64,000 nt of DNA from an uncultured Pseudomonadota bacterium (GTDB lineage: Bacteria > Pseudomonadota > Gammaproteobacteria > Steroidobacterales > Woeseiaceae), in NCBI GenBank assembly GCA_963713215.1, contig CAVQKY010000005.1, positions 823,151 to 887,150 of the forward strand, written 5' to 3'. Under the pieces are notes generated by a model. That model saw only the letters and a program-made list of their open reading frames with translations, did no database searches and was not told the DNA's origin. The translations under genes and the position numbers were made by a program. This document shows positions 8,461-17,281 of this stretch, in pieces (position 1 is the stretch's first letter; every line of letters begins with the position of its first letter).

Positions 8461-10956
8461 TTACTGAACGAGCGTTACTGCGCTGCCCAGCGTTGCGGCG
8501 CAAACGCCCTTCGCTATGGAACGCGTATTCGAGCCGCCGGCGATCAGGCGATCGATAAGGTCCGCTGGCCGCCCATCCGGCCCGCCGCCGGCATTGTTGG
8601 CAAGTTCCTGGTACACCGTCGCGTACGTAGGCTGGGTGGCGATCTGTGGCCCCGCCGGCGCATTTCCCACTATCTTCGTGATCAGCGGATTAACCAGGAG
8701 GTCGCGACTGGCACCTGCGAATGCCGTGCCCGGTGCGGCATTGAAATTGAAGCCCGGGAAATAGGTGGCCGCCTGCGGGCCATCCACGAGAGCATTGCAG
8801 TACGAGATCGCGAGCTGCGCGATGGCGACCTGGTGCGAGGACAGGAACGTGTTGACGTCCTCGACCGCAGGCAGTGATTGCCGCAGCTCCTGGTATGTCA
8901 TATCGACGTCGACCGAGTCGGGGTCGACGCCCGTGACCTTGGCAAAGGTCGCGTTGATCTCGTCGAACGTGCGTACGCCGATATGTGGTGCAGGCGGCAG
9001 GTCCGACGGCGAGATGACCAGTGTCGGATCGGGCGCGCGGCTGAAGCTCGCACTGCCGAGCCGGTCGAACGTGAGGAAGAACTCGTCGTCCTCCGGTCCT
9101 TTCTCCAGCGGCAGCACGGCGCCGAGCCTCGACAGCGGCTGCCCGAGTTCCTCGAACAATTGCGCGGACAAGGTGCTGTCCAGCGTGGCATAGGTTTGCC
9201 CGACCGGCGCTTCCTTGCCGTTCATTGCCACACGCAGACCCTCGATGTCGATCCCTTCCGGGGTCGAACCGTCGAGCGTCAGGAAATGCGGCCTGTCGAA
9301 CAGGTAGGCATACGTGTCGTACTGCGAGACCTCGAACAGGATGTACGAGGATTGCGGAGCCGCCTGGATGATCTCGGAGATGTCGAACAACAGGTAGAAC
9401 TTTTCACCTACGCCCACGTCGAAATTCTGCAGAACCTGTTCCTGGGTCAGCGCACGGTCGTGCACTGCGACCAGGCGGAGCGTACCCTGCCACAAGCGAT
9501 CGCCGGACGCCTCGTTACCCAGAACGAACGCGAACGTGTCCTGCCAGTCGATGACCGTACCACCCGGCACCGGGTCGACCTGCGTAACGAGTTCGCCGTT
9601 CACGTAAATGCGCCTGCCATCCGTGGGGCTGTAAGTGGCAACGACGTGCTGCAGTGTCGCTTGCAATACTTGGTCCGCGCTCGGCGTCGATAGCGCCGGG
9701 TCGCCGTTCAGGCTCGTTTCAGTCGTCCGCAACAGGAAATTGTAGTCGTACAGGGTCTGTTGCAGCGTGAGGTTGCGGGCTTCCGTGCCCGCTGAATAGC
9801 TCACGATGCGAGCCTCTTCCTGAGCCACATTACCGGGAATTACCCAGGCTTCGACGGAGAATTGTCCGCCCGATTCCTGGATAAAATCGAAAATCTTGCG
9901 GCTCGCGGTCGTCGAGCCCTGGGCCTTGCCGTTATTGATGGTGATGCCCCAGCCGCCGTACCACTCGACGTCCCCCGAGAGGTTGAGATCGAGCGCCGGT
10001 GCGACGCCGCTGGTGTCGTAAGCCACCAGGCCACTGCCGGTCTTGAATTCCCACAGCGCGATCTGGTCGCTCTCGTAGCGATTGCCACCGGAAGCTATCG
10101 TACCGTCGACGAGCCGGAGCGCCTTGCTGGTCACGAGGCTCGGATCGATCGTGGTCAGCGAGATTGCGCCTGCATAGGCCTGGATCGCGGCCAGCATGGT
10201 CGCCGCGTCGTTCGAGCAGCTGTTCGTCCAGCAGTTGTGGAATTCGACGCCAAGGCGCAGGACGAAGCGTGAGTTCGCCGGATCGTCGAGATTCATCTTG
10301 GACTTTGCCGCGTCGTAGGCAACGTTGATGTCGGGATCCGCAAAGTACGGCTGGATGGCATTACCGGATTCCGAACTGTGACACCCGGCGCAATGCTCGG
10401 TCAGCAGACCATGGATACCCGCGAAAGACGGCGGGCCGAACGCGTCGGCCGGATAATTCCGGCTGGCTCCCGGGTCCACAGAACTGGGCGGCAATAGCAC
10501 GATCTCGCGGCCGCCGCCCGCAGCGTCACCAAGCCAGTTCTCGATCCACGTCGTCATGACGGAGGAGCAGACGCTCGGCTCGGAGTTCCAGCAGTTGTGG
10601 CCCTGGCCGACTTTTTCCACCATGCGCGACAAGGAAGGCTGCGACATGTCGGTGACCGTCACTGCCTCGTCGTGTGCCATGTTTATGTCGTCGAAACGGG
10701 CGAACATAGGCGACTGGCCGGTGGTTTCGTTGTGACACCCGCCGCAGGTTGCCTGATTTTGTACCGGTAGCCAGAACTCGGTCAGGAATTTCTGGACGCC
10801 GTCATCACGCGGCGACGCCGCGCCCGAGTATGTGATCGTGTTGTTGCCGGTACCGCCCTGCGGTATCGGCATGTCCTCTGTCTGGGCACCACCGCCGCAG
10901 GCCGAGACGAGCAGGCCAAGAGCGGAAACCAGCAGCACGCTTCTTGCGTTAATCAT
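8461..10956 (-). CDS. lipoprotein with two CXXCH haem c motifs, a LamG-like jelly-roll and an unknown C-terminal region
   Basis: ORF 8461..10956, AGGAGAAGG upstream. Lipobox LLVSAC|GG. CGGCH at nt 10746..10732 and CAGCH at 10392..10378. Central region (WGITINNGKAQG..FSVEAWVIP..RIYVNGELV..LGNEASGDRLWQGTLRLVAVHDRAL) looks like Laminin_G_3. Confidence 0.6.
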   Translation of the reverse strand: MINARSVLLVSALGLLVSACGGGAQTEDMPIPQGGTGNNTITYSGAASPRDDGVQKFLTEFWLPVQNQATCGGCHNETTGQSPMFARFDDINMAHDEAVTVTDMSQPSLSRMVEKVGQGHNCWNSEPSVCSSVMTTWIENWLGDAAGGGREIVLLPPSSVDPGASRNYPADAFGPPSFAGIHGLLTEHCAGCHSSESGNAIQPYFADPDINVAYDAAKSKMNLDDPANSRFVLRLGVEFHNCWTNSCSNDAATMLAAIQAYAGAISLTTIDPSLVTSKALRLVDGTIASGGNRYESDQIALWEFKTGSGLVAYDTSGVAPALDLNLSGDVEWYGGWGITINNGKAQGSTTASRKIFDFIQESGGQFSVEAWVIPGNVAQEEARIVSYSAGTEARNLTLQQTLYDYNFLLRTTETSLNGDPALSTPSADQVLQATLQHVVATYSPTDGRRIYVNGELVTQVDPVPGGTVIDWQDTFAFVLGNEASGDRLWQGTLRLVAVHDRALTQEQVLQNFDVGVGEKFYLLFDISEIIQAAPQSSYILFEVSQYDTYAYLFDRPHFLTLDGSTPEGIDIEGLRVAMNGKEAPVGQTYATLDSTLSAQLFEELGQPLSRLGAVLPLEKGPEDDEFFLTFDRLGSASFSRAPDPTLVISPSDLPPAPHIGVRTFDEINATFAKVTGVDPDSVDVDMTYQELRQSLPAVEDVNTFLSSHQVAIAQLAISYCNALVDGPQAATYFPGFNFNAAPGTAFAGASRDLLVNPLITKIVGNAPAGPQIATQPTYATVYQELANNAGGGPDGRPADLIDRLIAGGSNTRSIAKGVCAATLGSAVTLVQ

Positions 10957-10967
10957 GATCCCTTCTC

Positions 10968-12152
10968 CTACTGGCCCATGCAGTGGACGGCCGAATCGGC
11001 GAACACCTGCTTCATGCGGTAGCCCGAACTACGGAACGTGTCCGTAATCTGATCGACTGCGTCACGGTCTGTCTGGTCTTCCGGGCTGCGCAGGCACACG
11101 GCACGGAACACTTTCCTGACTTGGCACGCGGCGAACGCGTAGCTGTTGGCAAGTTCCTCGCCCATCGTTTTCGCACCATTGCCTTCGCCCGGCAGCGCCG
11201 GATCGAAGCCCAGGTAGGCGTTCTGCCCGCTACGCCAGTAGTTTTCCCAGGAGTCGTCCGTCGTCCGAAAGCCCTGCGGAAAATTCAGGTCGTTGTTGAA
11301 ATATTTCGGCTGCACGTTGCCGGGCGTGTACTCGAGCGCTCCGGTATCGACGTTGTAGTTGTAATACGCGAAGGCGCCCGCCAACGGGTCCATTCCTGTG
11401 TGGCAACCGACGCAGTTATTCAGGAACAGCCGGCTGTCGCCGCCGGGGCTGCGGCTCACATCCTGGCGTATACGGTCGGGCGGCAGCCTCGGATCATGCA
11501 TCTGCTCCATGTCGTTGCACATGTGATTCAAGAGCGTGAAGCGGAACATTGCCCGGTTGGTGCCGGCGACGAAAAACGCCTCGGATGCCGCGCGTGAGGT
11601 CATGACGCCCGCCGTCGCGGTCGACGGCAGGCCATTTATCGAGGATTGGGACGTGCTTACCAGCGCGTCCCGGAGGTTCACATTTTCCGCCTCGAGTTGT
11701 TCGTAGTGGAGATTGTTGCTTGCCGAAGGCGCTGCGCTCACCGCACCCGGCGCCCCGACGTAGGAAAGGTCCGCGGACAGCAATGTATTGAACGGCACGT
11801 CGTCCCGCACCATGCCGATAACGGTGGCGACGTAGTCGTTGAGAGGGACGAATACCGAGCGATCACGGTTCGTCCACGGTGCGGCGAAATTTTTCAGCGT
11901 GACGTTATAGAAGTTCTCGTCGGTCATCGCGATATAAGCCGCACCCTGTGCATCGCTGGCCAGGAGTGAGGACTCCATCTGCGCGAGCACCGCATCGGAC
12001 GGCGGAACGCCCGCGAGCCGATCATGAATACGGCGAGCCTGTTCGCGAGGTCCGGCGACGGCCGGGGTGGCGAGAGCGGCGATCAGTATCGTCGCCAGCG
12101 CGGCACGCGCGAGTTTGATCACACCGGATTGCGTCCTTGTCCATGTCTTCAT
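10968..12152 (-). CDS. secreted single-CXXCH protein, DUF1588/DUF1592 (planctomycete PSD)-like
   Basis: ORF 10968..12164, ATG 12152 (MKTW) preferred. Signal ARAALATILIAALATPAVAG. CVGCH at nt 11414..11400 in the context NNCVGCHTGMDPLAGAFAYYN, like the C..CH..mDP.G block of DUF1588-type proteins. The stop is 11 nt before the next gene. Confidence 0.5.
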   Translation of the reverse strand: MKTWTRTQSGVIKLARAALATILIAALATPAVAGPREQARRIHDRLAGVPPSDAVLAQMESSLLASDAQGAAYIAMTDENFYNVTLKNFAAPWTNRDRSVFVPLNDYVATVIGMVRDDVPFNTLLSADLSYVGAPGAVSAAPSASNNLHYEQLEAENVNLRDALVSTSQSSINGLPSTATAGVMTSRAASEAFFVAGTNRAMFRFTLLNHMCNDMEQMHDPRLPPDRIRQDVSRSPGGDSRLFLNNCVGCHTGMDPLAGAFAYYNYNVDTGALEYTPGNVQPKYFNNDLNFPQGFRTTDDSWENYWRSGQNAYLGFDPALPGEGNGAKTMGEELANSYAFAACQVRKVFRAVCLRSPEDQTDRDAVDQITDTFRSSGYRMKQVFADSAVHCMGQ

Positions 12153-13005
12153 AGCGACTCTCATTACGAAACGTCACGTCTGCCGCGCCACAATCAATCC
12201 CGATAGAACGCGCACAGACAGAAGTATTAACAGCGTGCCTAAACCCGGTATTTTTTGCCGTGATTACACTCACAGTACCGTCACGCCTTCCCGACCTTGC
12301 CGCCGTGTCTGTCTTTTGTGTTTCTTTGACGGCCTGCTCCCGTAAAGCAATAGCTGTGCCAGTCCACGCCCGGCCGCCGCCGGGACCGATTTTCTTCCCG
12401 ACAATCATCGGCTTGCCGCGTCCGCCAAGTCGGAGTCCGAAATCGAGATATGTCAAGCCTTTGTCTCAACAAACACACATCACAATGACGCAAAAAAACT
12501 AAACTATTGATTTGTATACGCTTGACGGATGTCGCGGAAGTCCGACAGCCGCGTCGATACCCGACAATGTATGTCAGACTGCACGTAAGCTACTGGTCGC
12601 ATGCGGATTTCCGCGGGACAAAGTCGCGGCCATCCGCGCGAAATCGGGAAGTGACAGCATGGGAGGAACCCTTTCGCCGGATGCCGCGTGTCAGCGAACG
12701 GGAAGACATCGCAATGGCAATGTCGGATATTTTCGACGATACACGGCGGGCCGCGCGTCTCTTATACTGCACCGGAACCCGAAACCGGCCGGATGCAAAA
12801 TTGCTTTGCGATTTCTCTGGTTACGATGGGGCGACAGGCTTTGTGATCGCGTTAACGGTAGTGTCGGTCGCCAGTGTTCACTATTACGAATTGTTCAAAC
12901 GGCGCTGTGAGCCGCGTACCCGTGTGCAGGAAAGGCCGTGCCCTTCATGACAACGTGGTATGAAAAATGCAGTTGTTTAGCCGTTTGAATTCGAGGGAAG
13001 GTCCC

Positions 13006-15756
13006 ATGAACAGCGAGTCGATTCACACGCACACAGGCATTATGTGCAGGGCGGTGCGAGCCACTCTCCTGTTCTCGTGTGCGTCCGCGATCGTTGCTTG
13101 TGACGGCGCGAACCAGGGCGTGCAGATCGGCGACGGGCAGTCACCGGACCCGGTCGTGGTCGATTTCCCGATCGCTTACATCCGTGTGCCTGTGCCGGTC
13201 GACGACAACGGTGCGTTCGAGCAAATGGACCTGCGTGAGCAGATCACCTTCGATGTCGGCGGGGAGCTGTATGTCAAGCCGCGGGCCTCGACGACGGCGA
13301 CCCCCGTCAACGTGACTGGCGAGATCACAGAAGGCAACGGCGCCGTCCGCGATGTCGAAATCGCCTACGATGGCAGTGCGGTCCTGTTCGCGATGCGCAC
13401 CCCGTTCGATCCTAACCTCGACGACGAAGACCAGGTGACCTGGAACCTGTGGGAATACACCTTCGATGACCGGGCGTTGCGCCGGATCATTGCGTCCGAC
13501 CTGTCAGCCGAGATCGGCCATGACATCATGCCGAAATACCTGCCCGACGGCCGAATCGTTTTCGCCTCGACGCGCCAGACCCGTTCGCAGGCGATTCTCC
13601 TCGACGAGGGCAAGCCGGCCTTCGTCGCCGTCGACGAGAACCGGAACGAGTACGCGTTCAACCTGCATATCATCAACCGGGACGGCACCGGGATCGAACA
13701 AATCACCTTTAATCAGAGTCATGACCTGGACCCGGCCGTGCTGGCCGACGGTACGATCGTGTTCACGCGATGGGACCACGCGGGGCCGAACAACGACCAG
13801 ATGAACCTGTACCGCGTCAACCCGGACGGCTCGGGCCTGGAACTCCTGTACGGGAACGAAAGCCACGACACCGGGACCGGCGGCGAAACGATCCAGTTCA
13901 CGCAGCCGAGGCAGGCGGAAGACGGCCGGATCTTTTCGCTCATCCGGCCGTTCACGAACACGGAGGGCGGTGGCGAGGTCATTTCCATCGACACGCCGCG
14001 ATACGTCGAAAACACACAGCCGCTCGCGGAGAACATCGGTGTGCTGGACGGTCCGGCGCAACAGGACGCCACGGTCAACGAGGTCATTACCGTGCCCGGC
14101 GTGCCCTCGCCGGGAGGACGCTATGCGTCGGTCTACCCGATCCAGGACGGTACGGGCCGGATGCTGGTCAGCTGGGCGCAATGTCGCCTCATCGAAGCGA
14201 ACGTCGATCTCGACCCGGGCACGCCGGAAATCGAACCGGTGATCGTCCCGTGTACCGAAGATCGGCTGGACGACGTCTTCGTCATCGATCCGGACAACAT
14301 CGTGCCGATCCCGGACGGCAGTTTCCTGGTCGCGCCGCCCTTGTACGGCATCTGGATCTACGACCCGCGGGACAAGACGCAGCAGCCGGTCGTACCAGGC
14401 GAAGAAGGCTGGATGTTCACGGAAGTGGTATCCGCGGACCCTCGCCCGACACCCCCGGTCGTGGTCGATGGCATCAACGATTTCGAATTTGATAGCTCGC
14501 TTGGCCAGGACGGCGAAGCGGTCCTGCATATCCGCAGCGTCTATGACTTCAACGGTACGGCGGTGGTCGACATCGAGGCGATGGCCGACCCGACGCTGAC
14601 CCCCGCGGAAAGCCGCCCGGCCCGGTTTCTCCGGGTCGTGAAAGCGGTCTCCCAGCCTGACGACGATTTACTCGATATCGACGACACCGCATTTGGCGTC
14701 ACGACGGCAAACGGCATGAGGGAAATCGTGGGATACACGATGATCGAGCCCGACGGCTCGGTCATGACCAGGATTCCGGCCAACACGGCCCTCATGATCA
14801 GCGTGCTTGACGCCAACGGCAAGCGCGTCACGGCGCGTCACGACAACTGGATTTCGGCCCGGCCCGGACAGGTGATCGAGTGCAGCGGCTGCCATGAACC
14901 GGCCACCGGCTTCTCGCACGGACGCCGCGACGCGTTCGAGTCCGCCTGGGCCGGTGCACCGGTAGCGGGGGTTCCGTTCCCGAATACGAATCCCGCGTTG
15001 TTCGTCGGCGACATCGGCGATACGATGGCTGAAACCCGCGCGAGAATCAGCTGCGCGAACGACGGCTGTGCCTCGATCGAGCCGTCGATGAATATCGAGT
15101 TCACCGATGTCTGGACAGATCCGGCCGTCGCCGTGCCAAGTCCGGACTTCAGTTACCTGTACACGGACCTTGTGACACCCGCCCCGACTATCGTGGCGTG
15201 CCTACAGGACTGGCACGCCGCCTGCCGCACGATCATCAACTACGAAACGCATATTCATCCGCTCTGGAGCCTGCCGCGACTCGTCTTCGACGAGCTGGGC
15301 AATCCGGTACTCGATGTGAATGGGAACCAGGTCAGCGCCAATTGCCTGAACTGTCACACACCGATCGACCCGGCGGACGGCATGACCGTGCGGGTCCCGG
15401 CAGGCCAGCTCGAACTGCAGGACGGGCCGTCCCCGGACGAGCAGCTGCATTTTCACGCCTATCGCGAATTGCTAGTTACTGATAATCTTCAGGAAGTGGT
15501 CAACGGAGCCCTTGTGGATGCGCAGCAGCAGGTTGGCGTCGATGAAGACGGCAACCCGATACTCGACGTGATCCGCATTGCGCCATCCGCCAGTACCGCG
15601 GGGGCAAGCGCGTCCGGCGATTTCTTCGGCCGGTTCGAAGACCCTGACGATTTGCACTACAACATCTTGTCGCCGGCGGAGAGACGCTTAATTGCGGAAT
15701 GGTTGGATGTCGGAGCCCAGTACTACAACAATCCCTTCGACGCCCCAGCCAATTGA
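13006..15756 (+). CDS. lipoprotein with TolB/PD40-like beta-propeller repeats and two C-terminal CXXCH motifs (HzsA-like layout)
   Basis: ORF 12967..15756. ATG 13006 follows GAGGGAAGG. Lipobox SAIVAC|DG. Repeated YDGSAVLFAMR, LPDGRIVFASTR, NRDGTGIEQITF, LADGTIVFTRWDH, NPDGSGLELLYG, AEDGRIFSLIRP. CSGCH at 14881..14895 and CLNCH at 15343..15357. Confidence 0.6.
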   Translation: MNSESIHTHTGIMCRAVRATLLFSCASAIVACDGANQGVQIGDGQSPDPVVVDFPIAYIRVPVPVDDNGAFEQMDLREQITFDVGGELYVKPRASTTATPVNVTGEITEGNGAVRDVEIAYDGSAVLFAMRTPFDPNLDDEDQVTWNLWEYTFDDRALRRIIASDLSAEIGHDIMPKYLPDGRIVFASTRQTRSQAILLDEGKPAFVAVDENRNEYAFNLHIINRDGTGIEQITFNQSHDLDPAVLADGTIVFTRWDHAGPNNDQMNLYRVNPDGSGLELLYGNESHDTGTGGETIQFTQPRQAEDGRIFSLIRPFTNTEGGGEVISIDTPRYVENTQPLAENIGVLDGPAQQDATVNEVITVPGVPSPGGRYASVYPIQDGTGRMLVSWAQCRLIEANVDLDPGTPEIEPVIVPCTEDRLDDVFVIDPDNIVPIPDGSFLVAPPLYGIWIYDPRDKTQQPVVPGEEGWMFTEVVSADPRPTPPVVVDGINDFEFDSSLGQDGEAVLHIRSVYDFNGTAVVDIEAMADPTLTPAESRPARFLRVVKAVSQPDDDLLDIDDTAFGVTTANGMREIVGYTMIEPDGSVMTRIPANTALMISVLDANGKRVTARHDNWISARPGQVIECSGCHEPATGFSHGRRDAFESAWAGAPVAGVPFPNTNPALFVGDIGDTMAETRARISCANDGCASIEPSMNIEFTDVWTDPAVAVPSPDFSYLYTDLVTPAPTIVACLQDWHAACRTIINYETHIHPLWSLPRLVFDELGNPVLDVNGNQVSANCLNCHTPIDPADGMTVRVPAGQLELQDGPSPDEQLHFHAYRELLVTDNLQEVVNGALVDAQQQVGVDEDGNPILDVIRIAPSASTAGASASGDFFGRFEDPDDLHYNILSPAERRLIAEWLDVGAQYYNNPFDAPAN

Positions 15757-16564
15757 GTTTTCGCTGAGCGCGCGGCACATAGCGCGATACGTCGTTGAAA
15801 AGACGAACGAATGGCGCGCGCATGCACGGTCGTTGATTTGTTGCGTCTGCATCATTCTTGCCGCGGCCGGGACGGGTCATGCGGCCGAGGACCCGTTGCG
15901 GCAGGTCGCGGTTGCCGACCCGTATCTCGAGTTGCATACGGGGCCGGGGCGCGGCTACCCGGTTTTTCACGTCGTCGAACGCGGCGAAAGCGTGTCGGTC
16001 GTGTTACAGCGGACGGACTGGTACCTCGTGCGCACGGACCGGGCGATCGAAGGCTGGGTGAATCGCGACCAGATGGAACTGACCCTGACCGACGATGGCG
16101 GGAATTTCGTGGTCGATCGGGCTGCGCTCGAGGATTTCACGAACGCGAAGTGGGAGGTCGGCGTACTGGCGGGTGATTTCGGCGGCGCCAACGTCGTCTC
16201 CCTGTATGGGAGCTATTCGCTGAATCCGCATGTTTCGGTCGAAGCGTGGGGTTCACAGATCCTGGGCAATTTTTCGAACGGCTGGATCGGTAATGTTAAT
16301 CTCGTTCACGAGGCGTTCCCGGACTGGCGCATTTCGCCGTTCTTCACACTGGGGGCGGGCTTCATCCACACGGAACCGAAATCGACCATCGTGCAGGGGG
16401 AGGACCGGACGGACCAGCTCGGGCACGCAGGCGCAGGATTCCGGATCTATGCCACCCGGCGCTTTCTGTTGCGCGCCGAATTCAAGAGCTATGTCGTGTT
16501 CACGAGTCGCGACGACAATGAGGAAGTAGAGGAATGGAAAGTCGGGTTCGCGTACTTTTTCTGA
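15692..16564 (+). CDS. outer-membrane small beta-barrel protein with N-terminal SH3b-like domain
   Basis: ORF 15692..16564. The start is uncertain: ATG 15692 overlaps the upstream gene by 65 nt, and in-frame TTG 15833 is an alternative. Signal-like LICCVCIILAAAGTGHA. PYLELHTGPGRGYPVFHVVERGESVSVVLQRTDWYLVRTDRAIEGWV is SH3b-like. The C-terminus alternates like barrel strands and ends VGFAYFF. Confidence 0.55.
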   Translation: MRNGWMSEPSTTTIPSTPQPIEFSLSARHIARYVVEKTNEWRAHARSLICCVCIILAAAGTGHAAEDPLRQVAVADPYLELHTGPGRGYPVFHVVERGESVSVVLQRTDWYLVRTDRAIEGWVNRDQMELTLTDDGGNFVVDRAALEDFTNAKWEVGVLAGDFGGANVVSLYGSYSLNPHVSVEAWGSQILGNFSNGWIGNVNLVHEAFPDWRISPFFTLGAGFIHTEPKSTIVQGEDRTDQLGHAGAGFRIYATRRFLLRAEFKSYVVFTSRDDNEEVEEWKVGFAYFF

Positions 16565-17214
16565 TCGCCTTCGCGGTCCTCGTGAGCGGATGCGCGGCGA
16601 CCAAGAACCTGTTCGGGATAGGCGACGATGAGACGGCGCCCCCGACAGCGGAGCCGCCGGGCCAGGTGATCAACCCGGAAGTCGAACGCCGGGAGATCGA
16701 GGAGCCCGCGATCGACCGCGAAGACTTCGAACTCGGCGCGTTTGTCGGCGTCATGAGCGTCGAGGATTTCGAGAGCGGCGTCGTGTACGGCGCTCGCCTT
16801 TCCTACCACCTGACCGAGGGTTTTTTCGTCGAAGGCACGATCGGCCAGACGGACGCCGGCAAGACGAGTTTCGAACTCCTGTCGGGCGGCGCGCAACTTA
16901 TTTCCGACAGCGAACGACGTCTTACCTACTACAATCTGAACGTCGGCTACAACATCCTGCCCGGCGAAGTGTTCATCGGGGAAGGGCGGGCGTACAACAC
17001 GAATCTGTACGTCATCGCGGGTCTCGGCTCGACGGAATTCGCGGGTGACGACAGGTTCACGGTAAATTTCGGGGCCGGTTACCGCTTCCTGCTCACGGAC
17101 TCGGTCGCGCTGCACCTCGATTTTCGCGATCACCTGTTCGATATCGACCTGTTCGGCGAGGAGAAGACCGCGCACAATCTCGAGGCGCACCTCGGGGTTA
17201 CGGTGTTCTTCTAG
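16534..17214 (+). CDS. outer-membrane beta-barrel lipoprotein (same barrel type as the preceding gene)
   Basis: ORF 16534..17214. Lipobox VLVSGC|AA, acidic linker, then an alternating-strand barrel ending HLGVTVFF. It overlaps the upstream gene by 31 nt. Confidence 0.6.
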   Translation: MESRVRVLFLIAFAVLVSGCAATKNLFGIGDDETAPPTAEPPGQVINPEVERREIEEPAIDREDFELGAFVGVMSVEDFESGVVYGARLSYHLTEGFFVEGTIGQTDAGKTSFELLSGGAQLISDSERRLTYYNLNVGYNILPGEVFIGEGRAYNTNLYVIAGLGSTEFAGDDRFTVNFGAGYRFLLTDSVALHLDFRDHLFDIDLFGEEKTAHNLEAHLGVTVFF

Positions 17215-17281
17215 GGCCGGAGGGGTTATCTTCTGACGGACTTCACGGTACCCGGCTGCACGCAGGCGATAAAGTGAGGAA

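Noticed and set aside
11616-11630. LPSTA in the DUF1588-like protein (and LPDTT near the YdbH N-terminus) as a sortase sorting signal
   Set aside because: Both motifs are internal, with no following hydrophobic segment plus basic tail at a C-terminus, so they are not credible sortase substrates.
12507-12950. 147-aa and 132-aa overlapping + strand ORFs in the long spacer, possible missed gene or RiPP precursor
   Set aside because: The translations are Arg/Cys-rich with no signal, TM or known motif. There is no convincing RBS, and the composition differs from neighbouring genes. I treat the region as non-coding pending transcript or homology data.
13504-14529. 341-aa ORF on the - strand, plus several 70-240 aa ORFs inside 13.0-15.8 kb
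   Set aside because: All lie within or antisense to the 916-aa propeller/dihaem lipoprotein frame, which is the only one with repeats, a lipobox and CXXCH motifs.
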